64,000 bases of DNA. Source: an uncultured Chloroflexia bacterium (GTDB lineage: Bacteria; Chloroflexota; Limnocylindria; Limnocylindrales; CSP1-4). The translations under genes and the position numbers were made by a program. The stretch lies in the NCBI GenBank assembly GCA_963833225.1, contig CAWHXD010000007.1, forward strand, positions 288,001 through 352,000. The letters run 5' to 3'. How positions within the stretch are numbered: position 1 is the first letter of the stretch; each line of letters begins with the position of its first letter. The notes beneath the pieces were generated by a model. The model was given only the letters and a program-made list of their open reading frames with translations. It searched no databases and was not told the DNA's origin. This document shows, piece after piece, positions 21,854-32,309 of the stretch.

Positions 21854-23179
21854 ATGACATCCACGAGCCGTTCGATGGCAGCCTCAAGTCAGATGGCCGT
21901 TCGCGCCCTCGAGGTGATGCCCGGGCCACACAGCAACCTGCCCGGCTACGAGCTCTTCCGGCCGATCTGGATCGATCGAGGCAGTGGAGCCCACCTGTGG
22001 GACGTCGATGGGAACGAATACTTCGACTACATGTGCGGTCTCGGCGCTGGAACCATGGGCTACGGCAACAAGATCGTGCTCGACGCCGTGCATGAACAGC
22101 TCGATCGTCTCCCGTACCTCGATGCCGCTCGCCGGAACCCCGGGGAGATCGCGCTCGCCGAGAAGATCATCGAGCACATCCCGAGCGCAGAGAAGGTGCG
22201 CTACCTCCTGTCCGGCACGGAGGCTGTGCAGCTGGTGATCCGTCTCGCGCGTGCCTACACCGGGCGCAACGTGTTCATCCGCTTCGACGGCCACTATCAC
22301 GGATGGGTCGACAACGTGTTCGGCGGCGGCGTTGATCCGGAACCCGCCGGTCCGCCGCATGCCCTGTACCGGGACGACGATCTGTTTGCCTCGAAGGGTC
22401 GGGATGTTCCTTCCGCGGCGCAGTCCTACAAGCTGCCGTGGAATGACATCGATGTCCTCGAGGACACGCTCAGGAAGTACGGTGACCAGGTCGCCCTGAT
22501 CATCATGGAGCCGATCAACGCGAACGGCGGCTCCTGCTATCCGAAGCCGGGGTACCTGGAGCGCGTGCGAGAGCTGTGCGACGAGTACGGCATCGTCCTC
22601 TGCTTCGACGAGATCATCACCGGGTTCCGCGTCGGTCTGAATGGCGCCCAGGGCCTCCTTGGCGTCACCCCCGATCTCACGACGTTCGGCAAGGGCGTGG
22701 CTGGCGGGACGCCGATCTCGGTCGTGTGCGGGAAGGCAGAGATCATGAACCTGTGTGCCGACCGCACGGTCGTCGGCGCCGGGACGTTCAACGGCTATCC
22801 GTTGGGGGTTGCCGCGGCGCTCGCGACGATCTCGTACGTGGAGCGGGACGGCGGAGCCTTCTTCAGGAACATGGCCACAGTTCAGGCCCGCCTCGTCGCC
22901 GGGCAACACGAGATCGCCGAGCGGCACGGCGAGCGGATGCTGATCCAGGATTGTCCCGGCGTGATGATGTTCTACCCGGCGGATCTTGATCGGGCGTGGA
23001 ACATCAGCGAGTGGTACACGATCGCGGACCATGCCAAGGGCGAGCGCATCCGATCCCTCCTGTTCGAGCGCGGCGTCCTGACCCTGTTCCGCGGTCGCTG
23101 GTTCTTCTCCGGCTCCCACACCAACGAGGACGTGGACAGATCGCTCGAGATCCTCGACGGCGTGATGACTGACCTGTAG
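21854..23179 (+). CDS. Class III aminotransferase (glutamate-1-semialdehyde aminomutase-like)
   Basis: WDVDGNEYFDY, SGTEAV, GHYHGW, IIMEP, FDEIITGFR, TTFGKGVAGG, AGTFNG. Confidence 0.9.
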   Translation: MTSTSRSMAASSQMAVRALEVMPGPHSNLPGYELFRPIWIDRGSGAHLWDVDGNEYFDYMCGLGAGTMGYGNKIVLDAVHEQLDRLPYLDAARRNPGEIALAEKIIEHIPSAEKVRYLLSGTEAVQLVIRLARAYTGRNVFIRFDGHYHGWVDNVFGGGVDPEPAGPPHALYRDDDLFASKGRDVPSAAQSYKLPWNDIDVLEDTLRKYGDQVALIIMEPINANGGSCYPKPGYLERVRELCDEYGIVLCFDEIITGFRVGLNGAQGLLGVTPDLTTFGKGVAGGTPISVVCGKAEIMNLCADRTVVGAGTFNGYPLGVAAALATISYVERDGGAFFRNMATVQARLVAGQHEIAERHGERMLIQDCPGVMMFYPADLDRAWNISEWYTIADHAKGERIRSLLFERGVLTLFRGRWFFSGSHTNEDVDRSLEILDGVMTDL

Positions 23180-23186
23180 TCCCGAG

Positions 23187-24272
23187 ATGGAGGTCCTTCC
23201 CCCGCGGTCGGTCCGCGAGGGCACGCCACGCGCCGCGCAGGCGCCTGATGCGGCGTCCGTGTGGCGGCGCTTCCGCCCAAACACGCGCCAACGCGTGGAC
23301 ACGCTCCCGTTCCATGCCGAGTATCCGGAGTTGCTCCACAACTCAGAAACGCTCGCCTACCTGATCCGCAGCTACACGGTCTGGGAGATGACCTGCGGCG
23401 CGCTCGGACACCCGGGAGGCAGCTTCTCCGAGGCCGAGTTGCTCGCCGTCCTGTTCAATCACGTGCTCCGGTTTGACGGTGGAGATCCCGAATGGCGCAT
23501 GCGAGATGTCTTCTACCTGTCCAAGGCCCACGCATGCCCCGCGCTCTATACGGTCCTCGCCTTGTTCGGCTACTTCCCCATCGAACGACTCAGGTACTAC
23601 GGTACCTGGGGCTCGGGCCTCGAGAGCCACCCTGACTCGACCCTCACGCCGGGGATCGAGGTCAGCGGCGGGTCGCTGGGGCAGATCCCGGGCGTGGCCG
23701 TCGGCCGGGCGCTGGGGCTCCGGTTCAATGGCCCCGACCACAACGACCGCATGGTCTACGCCCTCCTCGGCGATGGCGAGTGCCAGGAAGGGTCGGTGTG
23801 GGAGGCGTTCATGGCTGCCGGCCATTACAGGCTTGACAACCTCGTGTTCATCATCGATTACAACAAGGTTGAGGCGAAGGGCTTCATCAGCCAGGACATG
23901 GGTCTCGAGCCGCTGGCCGACAAGCTCCGCGCGTTCAACCTCGACGTCTACGAGACCCGGAATGGACATGACGTTGCCGAGCTCGTCGACCTGTTCACAG
24001 GCATTGCGACGCGGCGCCGCGGCAAGCCGATTGCCGTGATCCTCAACTCGGTGAAGGGCAAGAAGATCAGAGACGCCCAGTACAACCCGAACTGGCATAC
24101 ATCGGCCCCGAGAAACGCCGAGGCCGGTGGGGCCTGGATCGACGAGCTGTGGGAGATGGACGGCAGACGCCTGGGCGTTCCCCGCGGGTTTGCCGACGTG
24201 CTGAAGGCTGCGATTGAGGTCGTACCCCCCGTCCACGAGGCGGTCGACCCGATCACCGACCGACAGCAGTAG
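23187..24272 (+). CDS. Transketolase, N-terminal (ThDP-binding) subunit
   Basis: GHPGGSFS, LSKAHACP, GGSLGQ, GDGECQEGSVWEA...DYN. Confidence 0.9.
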   Translation: MEVLPPRSVREGTPRAAQAPDAASVWRRFRPNTRQRVDTLPFHAEYPELLHNSETLAYLIRSYTVWEMTCGALGHPGGSFSEAELLAVLFNHVLRFDGGDPEWRMRDVFYLSKAHACPALYTVLALFGYFPIERLRYYGTWGSGLESHPDSTLTPGIEVSGGSLGQIPGVAVGRALGLRFNGPDHNDRMVYALLGDGECQEGSVWEAFMAAGHYRLDNLVFIIDYNKVEAKGFISQDMGLEPLADKLRAFNLDVYETRNGHDVAELVDLFTGIATRRRGKPIAVILNSVKGKKIRDAQYNPNWHTSAPRNAEAGGAWIDELWEMDGRRLGVPRGFADVLKAAIEVVPPVHEAVDPITDRQQ

Positions 24273-24285
24273 GAGTACGGCCGCC

Positions 24286-25326
24286 GTGGCTCAGTTCACC
24301 CTGCCGGACCGCACCAAAACCAAGGAGATGCGCTATCAGATGGGGTACGCGCTCGCGGATCTGGCGGAGGAGTATCCGAATATCGTCGCCCTCGACGGGG
24401 ACCTTCGAAGCTCAACAGGCATCCACATCTTCGAGCACCTGCATCCGGGAAATCTGGTCAAGTGCGGGATCGCCGAGCAGAACCTCATCGCGATGTCCGC
24501 CGGGCTTTCCCAGGAGGGCTACATCCCATTCCCCTGCACGTTCGATGCGTTCAGCCGGCGATTCCTCGACCAGCTGTACGTGACCGTCGCGTACAGCAAC
24601 CTCAATGTGAAGGTCCTCGGGGCCTACGCCGGCTTGTTCACCGGCAAGGCAGGGGCGACTCACCAGAGCGACAAGGAGCTTGGGACCCTGCTGCGTGTGC
24701 CGGGCCTCACGATCGTCGAGCCGGGCTGCAACCTCGAGATGCGCCAGGCCCTGCGCGTGGCGGTCGAGACGCCGGGACCCTTCTACCTGCGGATCGTCCG
24801 CTGCGAGGTCGAGGAGAACGAGATCTTCGACGGTTACGAGTTCAAGCTGGGCACCGGTGTCACGGTGTCGGACAGCGGGTCCGACATCGGGCTCATCTCG
24901 ACGGGCTTCATGCTCCACACCGCTCGCCTGGCGGCCGAGAAGCTCCGCGCAAACGGGATAGGCGTTCGCCACGATCACCACCCGAGCCTCAAGCCGTTCG
25001 ATCGGGAGCGGCTCTACGACTTGTCGGGGCGGGTCTCGGCGCTGATCACGCTGGAGAATCACTGCACGAGCGGGGGACTCCATTCGTTGGCTGCTGAGGC
25101 GCTCGTCGCACGCGGCATCGGCGTTCCCGTGGGCGCAATTGGCACCGACCCGGAGGATTTCATCCACACCGGTCACGTGAACGATCTGCTCTGGCGCTAC
25201 CGGATGTCATCGGACCATGTCGTCGAACTCGCGCAATCGATGCTCCGCGGCACGTACGGGGGAGTCGAGCCGGTGGTGACGTCGCCACCTGCGAACCAGT
25301 CGCGGCACCGACCAAACAGGAGGTAG
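24286..25326 (+). CDS. Transketolase, C-terminal subunit
   Basis: DGDLRSST, GIAEQNL, GATHQS, GPFYLR, TLENH; AGGAG RBS before GTG 24286. Confidence 0.88.
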   Translation: MAQFTLPDRTKTKEMRYQMGYALADLAEEYPNIVALDGDLRSSTGIHIFEHLHPGNLVKCGIAEQNLIAMSAGLSQEGYIPFPCTFDAFSRRFLDQLYVTVAYSNLNVKVLGAYAGLFTGKAGATHQSDKELGTLLRVPGLTIVEPGCNLEMRQALRVAVETPGPFYLRIVRCEVEENEIFDGYEFKLGTGVTVSDSGSDIGLISTGFMLHTARLAAEKLRANGIGVRHDHHPSLKPFDRERLYDLSGRVSALITLENHCTSGGLHSLAAEALVARGIGVPVGAIGTDPEDFIHTGHVNDLLWRYRMSSDHVVELAQSMLRGTYGGVEPVVTSPPANQSRHRPNRR

Positions 25327-25329
25327 CGC

Positions 25330-26013
25330 ATGGCTGAGCACCAGCCCGGCCCGAGCTCCGGGCCAGGCGAGCTCCGGCGGACAAGCTCCATCCGGCGCGT
25401 GGTCGCCCGGAAGATGACCGAGGCGTGGCGGACGATCCCGGCGGTCACGCTCCATCGGTCGGCCTCATTCGATGCCCTGCTCGAGATCCGAGAACGACTC
25501 GCCGAGGGTGGTCGAAAGGTCGCCATCGACACCCTCCTCAGCAAGCTCACCGCCCTGGCCCTCGCCGAGCACGACCTTCTCAATGGCTCCTGGGTCGAAG
25601 AAGAGCGTGCTGTGCTCGTCCACTTGGACCGGAACATCGCCGTGGCTGTCGACACGCCGGCCGGACTCTCAGCCGTGGTCCTGCGCGCGGCTGACCAGCG
25701 CCCCGTCCTGGAGCTCGATGCCGAACTGCGCGCCATGGTGGCCCGCGCCCGCGAGGGCAAGTCGCGGCCGGACGACGTCTTCGGCGCGACATTCACGCTG
25801 ACGAATCTCGGCGGCCTCGGCGTAGACGCGTTCAGCCCGATCATCACCCTGCCACAGAGCGCGGTCCTCGGGGTGGGGGCAATCCGCGCTCTCCCAGACG
25901 GCACGAGGTCGATCACGCTCTCGTTGACCTTCGACCACAGGGTTGCGGATGGCGCCGACGCCGCCCGCTTCCTCGGGCGTCTGGCTGAGTTGATCAGGAC
26001 ACCAGAGATCTGA
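25330..26013 (+). CDS. Dihydrolipoamide acyltransferase (E2) catalytic domain only
   Basis: IRRVVARKMTEAWRTIP, LLNGSW, IAVAVDTPAGL, TFTLTNLG, FSPII, LTFDHRVADG; no lipoyl or E3-binding domain; own RBS (AGGAGG) directly after the transketolase gene. Confidence 0.9.
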   Translation: MAEHQPGPSSGPGELRRTSSIRRVVARKMTEAWRTIPAVTLHRSASFDALLEIRERLAEGGRKVAIDTLLSKLTALALAEHDLLNGSWVEEERAVLVHLDRNIAVAVDTPAGLSAVVLRAADQRPVLELDAELRAMVARAREGKSRPDDVFGATFTLTNLGGLGVDAFSPIITLPQSAVLGVGAIRALPDGTRSITLSLTFDHRVADGADAARFLGRLAELIRTPEI

Positions 26014-26158
26014 TGGCCCAGATTGCGGCAGACTGTCGCGGACTGGCCAGCAGACGTCCTGTTGGTCCCTCGGCGCCAGCTCATCGTTGGCGAGACGCCG
26101 CCCGCGGCTCCGACGGGCCAAGCGTGGAAGCGTGACGGATGCAGATCGGGAGCGCAGC

Positions 26159-26905
26159 ATGACCGCCACCCTACCCGGGTTCGAGCCGCTCGAACTCAGC
26201 GCCCGCGAGCCGCTCACGTCCGAGGTCACTCGCCGTTTGCTCGACCACATCCTGTCCGGGACGGTGAAGGCGGGTGAGCGCATGCCTTCCGAGCGGAAGC
26301 TTGCCGAGGCGCTCGGTGTCGGGCGCGCGATCGTCCGGCAAGCCCTCAAGTCGCTGACGTTGCTCGGGCTCCTCGAGGTCCGACAGGGCAACGGCACGTA
26401 CCTGCGTCGGACGGATTCCCCGTTCCTGCCGGTCGCGATCGAATGGGGTCTGCTGCTCGGCGCGAGAAACGCAACAGATCTCGTCGAAGCGCGCCATCAC
26501 CTGGAGGTCGTGCTTGCGGGTCTGGCCGCCGAGCGCCGGGACGAGGTGACGCTCGACGAGATGCGACGGACGGCGGCGGCGATGTCGGAGACGACCGACC
26601 CAGACGAGTTCATCGCCGCGGATCTCGCCTTCCACACGGCGATGGCCGAGGCCGCCGGCAACCAGATGCTGCTCCAGATCATGACGAGCATCCGGACACT
26701 GCTCCAGGTCTGGATCGGTCGCGTGGTCCGTAAGTCGCCGGAGCCCGGCGCGACGGCGTCCGAACACCATGCCATCCTGCTAGCGATCGAAATGCACGAC
26801 GCACCGGCGGCTCGGAAGGCGATGGAGGGCCACATGGCGCACGCGACGACACGCCTTCAGCGGACGCTGGCTGAGCGCGATGGGGCCGACGAGCGCGGAG
26901 CCTGA
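26159..26905 (+). CDS. FadR/GntR-family transcriptional regulator
   Basis: GERMPSERKLAEALGVGRAIVRQALKSL...RQGNGTY; FCD domain with ADLAFH and EHHAI. Confidence 0.93.
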   Translation: MTATLPGFEPLELSAREPLTSEVTRRLLDHILSGTVKAGERMPSERKLAEALGVGRAIVRQALKSLTLLGLLEVRQGNGTYLRRTDSPFLPVAIEWGLLLGARNATDLVEARHHLEVVLAGLAAERRDEVTLDEMRRTAAAMSETTDPDEFIAADLAFHTAMAEAAGNQMLLQIMTSIRTLLQVWIGRVVRKSPEPGATASEHHAILLAIEMHDAPAARKAMEGHMAHATTRLQRTLAERDGADERGA

Positions 26906-27026
26906 CTCGGGTCGCGCCGAAGCCTGTATCGCACTCGGCAGGCCACTCTCGTCAGGTGCTCCGCGATTCATGACCCATCGGCAGCCGCCCGCCCACGGCG
27001 CCCGGCGAGCCGACCCCGAACGTGGG

Positions 27027-27079
27027 TTGACACTGCGCCGCGACAGGGCTACGGTGCGAATGGTTGACCGGTAGCCCGC
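27027..27079 (+). promoter_or_regulatory. Sigma70-type promoter plus operator for the sugar ABC operon
   Basis: TTGACA (27027-32), 17 bp, TACGGT (27050-55), then ATGGTTGACCGGTAGCCCGC (27060-79). Confidence 0.72.
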
Positions 27080-27132
27080 CGTCGGAGCGTCCTCCCGAGC
27101 CAGGTCGGCACACTCGGTCCGCAAGTTGAGGT

Positions 27133-28539
27133 GTGAGCGTGTCTCGACTCCGTGCTCGTGATGGGGAGGGGTATACCCGTATTGCCGCACTCATCGTCAT
27201 CGTGGCCATCGTCACCGCGGCCTGCGGATCGGCGGCGGCCACACCCACGCCGCAACCCACGGTGACGCCAACCGAGGCCAGCTCAGGCTCGGCCCCGGCG
27301 ACACCTGAGGCCGCACCGACGCTGGCGCCGGCGACGCTGGAGGTATGGCTCGGCGGGATCCTGACCACCGCGACACCGGGGTCCGACGCCAGAAAATGGG
27401 TCGATCAGCAGATCGACCGATTCAAGGCGGCGTTCCCCGGTTCGGATGTGAACATCAGCCTGTTGCCTTCCAACAATGATCAGCTCGCGGCACAGGTGCA
27501 GGCAGCCTACGCTGCCCACAACGTGCCCGACGTCATGATGCTCTACTCCGGCTCGTACACCCTCGCGTACCAATCCGGCCTGATGCCCCTCAACAAGTAC
27601 GTAGACGCGACCCCGGGCTTCTACGATTCGATGTCCCTCTGGGATCTGTCCTGCAAGGACTTCGACTGTCAGGGTGGCAAGGGAACGATCTATGCCGTTC
27701 CAAGCGATGCCTACTCATTCCTCCTCTACTACAATCAAAGCCTCCTGACCAAGGCCGGGATCGCGGGCCCTCCGACCACGTATGACGAGCTCTACGCGGA
27801 TTGTGAAAAGCTCAACGCGCAGGGCCTGACGCCATTCGTCTACGGCGATCAGGATGGCTACACGACAGTCAATCTCCTTGTCGACAACATCATCTCCTAT
27901 TGGGAACCAGGAGATGTCCAGAAGTTTGAGCAAGGACAGCTCAAGTTCACGGATGCCAAGTGGGTTGACGCCCTCAAGCCCATCCTCGCGATGCGCACCC
28001 ACAACTGCGTGAACAACGACGCGTCTACCCTGGAACAGCTGCACTCAGCGGACCTGTTCACGTCGCAGCAGGGGGCGATGTTTGAGGGCCAGCCACAATT
28101 CCTGCCTTACTTCAAGTCAATCTACGACCAGATCGGCGTTACGAAGTTGCCGCGGTCTGGGAACGGGCCGCTGTCGAGCGGTGTGATCGGTTCGTCGGGA
28201 GACGACTGGATGATCCCCGCAGATTCCAAGAACCCTGATCTCGCCTGGGAGCTGATCAAGATGTTCTCGGATGAGACGGCGGGATCGTCGATGATCGACC
28301 TCCTCGGATCCCCGCCGTGCAACGTCGCGGCGCAGGCGACGATCCAGGACGCGCACGTTCAGGCGGCCTTCGATCTCATCAAGACGGCAACGATGGTGGA
28401 GATGGACATCGTCATGTCCCAGGGGACGGCGCTCTTCCTCTACAAGCACCTCCAGCTCGCGTTCGCCGGTCAGGAGACTGCCGAGCAGGCAATGCAGGCC
28501 GTCCAGCAATACGTCGACCAGCAGGGCGGTAAGCCGTAG
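27133..28539 (+). CDS. Carbohydrate ABC transporter (CUT1) substrate-binding lipoprotein
   Basis: Lipobox VTAAC, Pro/Thr-rich linker, PDVMM, IYAVP, LYYNQSLL..AGI..PPTTYDEL, SKNPDLAWELIK. Start uncertain. Confidence 0.88.
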   Translation: MSVSRLRARDGEGYTRIAALIVIVAIVTAACGSAAATPTPQPTVTPTEASSGSAPATPEAAPTLAPATLEVWLGGILTTATPGSDARKWVDQQIDRFKAAFPGSDVNISLLPSNNDQLAAQVQAAYAAHNVPDVMMLYSGSYTLAYQSGLMPLNKYVDATPGFYDSMSLWDLSCKDFDCQGGKGTIYAVPSDAYSFLLYYNQSLLTKAGIAGPPTTYDELYADCEKLNAQGLTPFVYGDQDGYTTVNLLVDNIISYWEPGDVQKFEQGQLKFTDAKWVDALKPILAMRTHNCVNNDASTLEQLHSADLFTSQQGAMFEGQPQFLPYFKSIYDQIGVTKLPRSGNGPLSSGVIGSSGDDWMIPADSKNPDLAWELIKMFSDETAGSSMIDLLGSPPCNVAAQATIQDAHVQAAFDLIKTATMVEMDIVMSQGTALFLYKHLQLAFAGQETAEQAMQAVQQYVDQQGGKP

Positions 28540-28547
28540 CTCCCGCC

Positions 28548-29447
28548 ATGGGCCCTGCGCTCGCGCCAATCCGCAAGGGCCCCCGTCGCGCCGAAGCGTG
28601 GTGGGGGCCCATCTATGCTCTTCCGGCCGTCTTCACGGTCGTCGCCTTCATCGGCGTTCCTGCCGTCAGCATGGCCTACCATGCGTTCACCCGATGGAAC
28701 GGCTATAGCGAACCGACGTGGATCGGACTGACCAACTTCGAGTATTTGCTACAGGACCCTCAGTTCTTCATCGCGCTCAGGAACAACTTCCTCTTCGCTA
28801 TCTCGGTGCCGATCCAGTTGGTCGTGCCGCTGGTTCTCGCGTTTCTCATTCATGAGCGGGTCTTTGGCTGGCGCTTCTATCGCTGGACGTACTTCGTTCC
28901 CGCCGTGTATTCGACGGTCGTCGTCGGCCTGCTCGCGAAGATCATCCTCAATGTCAACGGCCCACTCAACGAGGCCCTCGGATCCATCGGCCTACAGAGC
29001 CTTCAGTTCGACTGGCTTCTGAACACACAGACGTCGATCCCAGCCATCCTGCTCGTCGTCGTCTGGGCGAACTTCGGCTACAGCGTCGTCATGTATCTGG
29101 CGGGAATGAGCGGCATCCAGCCTGATCTCCCGGATGCTGCTCGTATCGACGGGGCCGGTCGTTGGCAGGTCCTGCGATACGTTTACGTTCCGGGACTGCG
29201 GCGTGTGATGGAGATTGTTCTCGTCACCAACACGATCACTGCCTTCGCGTACATGTTCACGTATATCTACACCATCACCAACGGCGGTCCTGGCTTCAAC
29301 ACCTACGTCACGGAGCTCCTCATCTACAACAATGCCTTCTCGTTCCAGCGTATGGGTTATGCGAGTGCGATGGGCTTCGTGCTGACCCTTCTGATCTCCG
29401 TGCTCGGCTACTTCTACATCAGGGCTTTGACAGGCGGAAGAGAGTGA
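28548..29447 (+). CDS. Carbohydrate ABC transporter permease (MalF-like)
   Basis: WIGLTNF, multiple hydrophobic segments, DAARIDGA EAA loop, TNGGPG, MGYASA. Confidence 0.92.
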   Translation: MGPALAPIRKGPRRAEAWWGPIYALPAVFTVVAFIGVPAVSMAYHAFTRWNGYSEPTWIGLTNFEYLLQDPQFFIALRNNFLFAISVPIQLVVPLVLAFLIHERVFGWRFYRWTYFVPAVYSTVVVGLLAKIILNVNGPLNEALGSIGLQSLQFDWLLNTQTSIPAILLVVVWANFGYSVVMYLAGMSGIQPDLPDAARIDGAGRWQVLRYVYVPGLRRVMEIVLVTNTITAFAYMFTYIYTITNGGPGFNTYVTELLIYNNAFSFQRMGYASAMGFVLTLLISVLGYFYIRALTGGRE

Positions 29448-30379
29448 GCGTCAGGACGCGCGCGGCAGACGGGCCGACGCCCGACAACGGATCAACCAGG
29501 GGAGCTGACGGAACCACGGGCTCAAGGGGCGGCGGCCTGTTCGTAGCTGTCCGACGATTCCTGTCACTGCCGGGTCGCTTGTCGTTGGTGGCCGGCATGA
29601 CGCTGCTGGGGATCTCTTCGATCTTCCCTATCTACTTCATGCTGATCAATGCCTTCAAGACGCCTGAGGAGTGGGCGGCGAGCAAGCTGGCACTGCCGAC
29701 TTCGTTGGGGCTCGATCCAATCACCACGGCGTGGGAAGCGACGAACAGCGGCGGATATGTTCTCAATTCGATCATCGTGACTGTTGCCACCATCCTGCTT
29801 TCGATTGTGCTTGCGACAACGGCCGGCTACTCGTTTGCCAAGTTGCGGTGGCGCGGAAGCACCCCGACCTTCTTCTTCCTCCTTGCCTGGATGGCGATCC
29901 CACCTATGTTGCTGATGGTTCCGATCTACGTGGAGATGGTCGATCTGCGGCTGATCAACACCTACTGGTCGGTGGTGCTGCTCTACTCAGCCATCAATCT
30001 GCCGTTCAACGCCTACCTGATGACGGCCTTCTTCCGCGCCATTCCGGATGAGTTGCTCGAAGCTGCCCGCGTCGATGGTGCGAGCGTCCACACGATCTTC
30101 CTGCGCGTGATGGCACCGCTGTCGATTCCGGCGATTGTCACGATCGTGATCTTCAACGTTCTGTACGTCTGGAATGAGTTCGTGTTCGCGCTGCTGCTCC
30201 TGCAACCTGATCGGGTCAAGACCCTCACCCCAGGCCTGCTGCAACTCCAGGGTCGCTTCTTCTTCAACTTCCCGGCCCTCATGGCCGGCCTGCTGCTCGC
30301 CTCGCTGCCGATGGTCGCCGTCTACCTCATCTTCCAGCGCTATCTGGTCCGGGCGATCGCCGCGGGAGCCCTGAAGTAG
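29444..30379 (+). CDS. Carbohydrate ABC transporter permease (MalG-like)
   Basis: NSIIVT, AGYSFAK, IPDELLEAARVDGA, WNEF, FQRYLVRAIAAGALK; GTGA overlap with the upstream gene. Confidence 0.92.
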   Translation: MSVRTRAADGPTPDNGSTRGADGTTGSRGGGLFVAVRRFLSLPGRLSLVAGMTLLGISSIFPIYFMLINAFKTPEEWAASKLALPTSLGLDPITTAWEATNSGGYVLNSIIVTVATILLSIVLATTAGYSFAKLRWRGSTPTFFFLLAWMAIPPMLLMVPIYVEMVDLRLINTYWSVVLLYSAINLPFNAYLMTAFFRAIPDELLEAARVDGASVHTIFLRVMAPLSIPAIVTIVIFNVLYVWNEFVFALLLLQPDRVKTLTPGLLQLQGRFFFNFPALMAGLLLASLPMVAVYLIFQRYLVRAIAAGALK

Positions 30380-30557
30380 CCGCGGCCGTCGCTCCCGCGC
30401 CTAGTCGAGTTCAGGTCGTTGACGTTGGCGGGGCGGAATGCCCGTGGTGTCGCCTTGGGGTGAAGGCTCTCGCCTGACGCGGAACATCGTGCCGGCAGCC
30501 GTCATCGTGCCCGCCACGACAGCCTGGCCAGCCTTCCCCGCGCCCCTGCTGTCGACG

Positions 30558-31325
30558 CTACCGGCCGACCGCCTGCCGGTCGAGCTCGAGGACGATCTCG
30601 CGGGAATGCGCGAGATGCTCTTCCATTGCCAGTCGCGCCCCCGCGGGGTCACCCTTCGTGATCGCATCGGCGATGCGTCGGTGGTCAGCGGATACACGCT
30701 CGCGGGCCGTAGGCAGATAGGCGACCCGCCGCCGGACCTCCAGCATCATGCCGCCGACAGCCTCCAGGACAATCCGGAAGAGTCGGTTGTGCGCCGAGTC
30801 GGCCACGACCAGGTGGAAACCCCCGTCCGCCCGTGCGTAGTCCTCGCCGGTGGACGCCGAGTCCAGCGCGTCGAGCGCGTGACGGAGTCCGTCGCGATCG
30901 GCGTCGGTGGCGCGCTCTGCGGCGAGCGCGGCGACATGCCCCTCCAGTGCCGTGCGGACTTCATAGACCTGGGCGTAGTCGAGGTCCTTCGTGCCAAGGA
31001 CGAGCAGGCGAAGCAATTCCTTGGCCACCGACGCTTGGCCGCTTGCCACGAAGACGCCGGAACCCGGCCGCACGATGACCATGCCCCGCGACTGCAGGGA
31101 CGCCACCGCCTCGCGGATGACCGTTCGCGACACACCGAAGCGGACGGCCATCTCGCGCTCCGGAGGGAGACGGTCGCCGGTGGCGTGGCCGCCGGAGGTC
31201 AACTCCGCGAGCAGGGCGTCCGCAACGGCGTCAGACAGCCGCCGCGCGGATCCAAGAGGGTCCAGTCGAGGCGAGACGCCGTCCACGCGCAATGGCTGAG
31301 CGCTCTGGCTAGGCCGCGGGGGCAT
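30558..31325 (-). CDS. FadR/GntR-family transcriptional regulator (PdhR-like)
   Basis: GDRLPPEREMAVRFGVSRTVIREAVASL...PGSGVFV; ADGGFH, HNRL, DHRRI, MEEHL. Confidence 0.92.
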   Translation of the reverse strand: MPPRPSQSAQPLRVDGVSPRLDPLGSARRLSDAVADALLAELTSGGHATGDRLPPEREMAVRFGVSRTVIREAVASLQSRGMVIVRPGSGVFVASGQASVAKELLRLLVLGTKDLDYAQVYEVRTALEGHVAALAAERATDADRDGLRHALDALDSASTGEDYARADGGFHLVVADSAHNRLFRIVLEAVGGMMLEVRRRVAYLPTARERVSADHRRIADAITKGDPAGARLAMEEHLAHSREIVLELDRQAVGR

Positions 31326-31497
31326 GCCAGTCACCCGAGAGATCCATCGGCGCGAGCGGCTTCACCGTTCGGACTATAGCCCAGCGGCTTGCTCGCTGGC
31401 GGGAAGGCCGCACGCGGAATTGTCGCCCGGGGCTGGCGACAGGGAGCCCGCAGCCGGTGAGCACAGCCCGATCACCCTGGCTCTCACGGACCAGGTT

Positions 31498-32277
31498 TCA
31501 GACGGCCGTCATGCCGCCGTCGACGACGAAGAACCCGCCCGATGTATACGACGCCTCGTCGGTGCACAGCCAGAGGTTCATCGGGGCGATTTCCTCGGCG
31601 TGTCCCGCTCGCCGGAGCGGAATCGTCGCGGTCAGCGCAGCGATGTCCTCCGGGAATTCCCGGATCGCCTTCTCGTTGATCGGCGTGTCGATGAATCCCG
31701 GAATGACGCAATTGACGCGGATCCCATCGCGGGCGTACTCGGCGGCCATCACCCGCGCCAGCCCGTGGCAACCCGCCTTGCTGGCGGCGTACGCGTCCTC
31801 GCCGAGGGCGAGGCCGTACTGCGCGGTGGGCGACCCTGTGACGACCAGAGAGCCCTTGCCGGTCGCGAGCATCGCCCGGACGGCGTGCTTGCAGGTGAGG
31901 AACGTTCCGGTCAGGTTCGTGTCGATAATCTCGCGCCACACGGCGAGCTCGATGCGGTCGACTCGATCGTCCCCCTCCGCGAAGCGCTCGATCCCGGCGA
32001 CGGCGATGCACGCGTCCAGCCCGCCCCACGCGGCCACGAGCCGTTCGACTGCCCCAGAGATCGCGGCTTCGTCGGCAACGTCGGCAGGGAGGACGAGCGC
32101 CTCCCCACCCTCGGCCGCGATCCGGGCCGCCACCGACTCGAGCTTGGCCGTCGTCCGGCTGACCAACCCTACGCGGGCGCCCTCGCGCGCAAACAGCAAC
32201 GCGGTTGCCTCCCCGATCCCCGACCCGGCCCCGGTTATGAGCGCACGCTTGCCTGCCATGCGTCCGTTGCCCGTCAT
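31498..32277 (-). CDS. SDR-family oxidoreductase
   Basis: ITGAGSGIG, YAASKAG, IRVNCVIPGFIDT, VDGGMTAV; AAGGAGG RBS. Confidence 0.93.
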   Translation of the reverse strand: MTGNGRMAGKRALITGAGSGIGEATALLFAREGARVGLVSRTTAKLESVAARIAAEGGEALVLPADVADEAAISGAVERLVAAWGGLDACIAVAGIERFAEGDDRVDRIELAVWREIIDTNLTGTFLTCKHAVRAMLATGKGSLVVTGSPTAQYGLALGEDAYAASKAGCHGLARVMAAEYARDGIRVNCVIPGFIDTPINEKAIREFPEDIAALTATIPLRRAGHAEEIAPMNLWLCTDEASYTSGGFFVVDGGMTAV

Positions 32278-32309
32278 TGCATGCCTCCTTGCGCAACCAG
32301 ACCCTGCTG

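Noticed and set aside
15966-23179. Tetrapyrrole biosynthesis (hemE and hemL)
   Set aside because: Both are divergent family members in a catabolic context with no other hem genes, so no gene symbols were assigned.
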